DNA of 64,000 bases, taken from Octopus sinensis. Lineage: Eukaryota. Positions 63,531 to 64,000 of this stretch are shown here, piece by piece. The stretch is taken from positions 27,900,001-27,964,000 of the forward strand of contig NC_043013.1 in the NCBI RefSeq assembly GCF_006345805.1, written 5' to 3'. The notes below the pieces were generated by a model. The model was not told the DNA's origin. It made no database searches and saw only the letters and a list, made by a program, of their open reading frames with translations. The number at the start of each line of letters is the position of its first letter. The stretch's first letter is position 1. A program made the position numbers and the translations under genes.

Positions 63531-64000
63531 AAGATATACCTGTATAGATGCACATAAGCATGCTTGTATATTAAAGTATGAGTATGAATATATAATGTAC
63601 AACACTTGGCAGTTCTACGTGTGTCATATAAGAACAGAATGAGTGGGTCGGAAAGAAGAGTGTATGTATATATGTGAGTGCATATTTGTGTGTGTGTGTG
63701 TGTGTGTGTGTATGGGGAGAGAAAGAGAGGGAGAGAGAGAGATAAAGGTTTAATTGACTTTGAGGATGGACCAATAAATCAAAATTTCTAAGAGTCAAAT
63801 GGTTTGAAATGTGATCAGAATAAATACTCTTTCTCACCTTCCCACTCTCTTTCTCTCGTTCTTTGACGCAAATGCCAAAACACACTTCTTCTACCTCCAC
63901 CTTTCCTCACCCCATCCAACCTCGTCATATACCTACACATACAAACACACACACAACATAGACACAATCATACAAACACTTGGAATAGAGTAGGCATTCT

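Noticed and set aside
74-63993. ORF-track entries rich in YI, CV, HT, SL, ER repeats
   Set aside because: Translations of TA/TG/CA/GA microsatellites that lack stops; no domain content

Overview
AT-rich, gene-poor eukaryotic non-coding DNA, very probably from an octopus (inferred from the SINE repertoire and extreme microsatellite load; not verified by search). No intact protein-coding gene, RNA gene or CRISPR array is supported. The ORF track is almost entirely microsatellite or repeat read-through. Contents: (i) dozens of SINE copies in several modular families, labelled here A, B/B2, C, D, E/E2 and G; (ii) decayed LINE fragments (R4/Dong-type RT and RLE pieces at 20.3-21.6 kb, RTE 3' end at 19.1 kb, CR1-type RT at 57-58.6 kb, probable Penelope GIY-YIG at 4.3-5.0 kb); (iii) two copies of a bipartite non-autonomous RTE derivative; (iv) MITEs of piggyBac-like (TTAA), hAT-like and mariner-like type plus long fold-back palindromes; (v) a 1268-bp exact tandem duplication at the window start. 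Best non-repeat candidates are a TATA+Inr+splice-donor configuration at 29.5 kb, a few repeat-free motif-dense islands and a 65-nt hairpin at 44.7 kb. I found no convincing new biological system. The most notable signals are multi-layer TE nesting, SINE module swapping around an internal microsatellite, and long dsRNA-forming structures. Repeat boundaries are by-eye estimates (about +/-20 bp) unless TIR/TSD coordinates are quoted.
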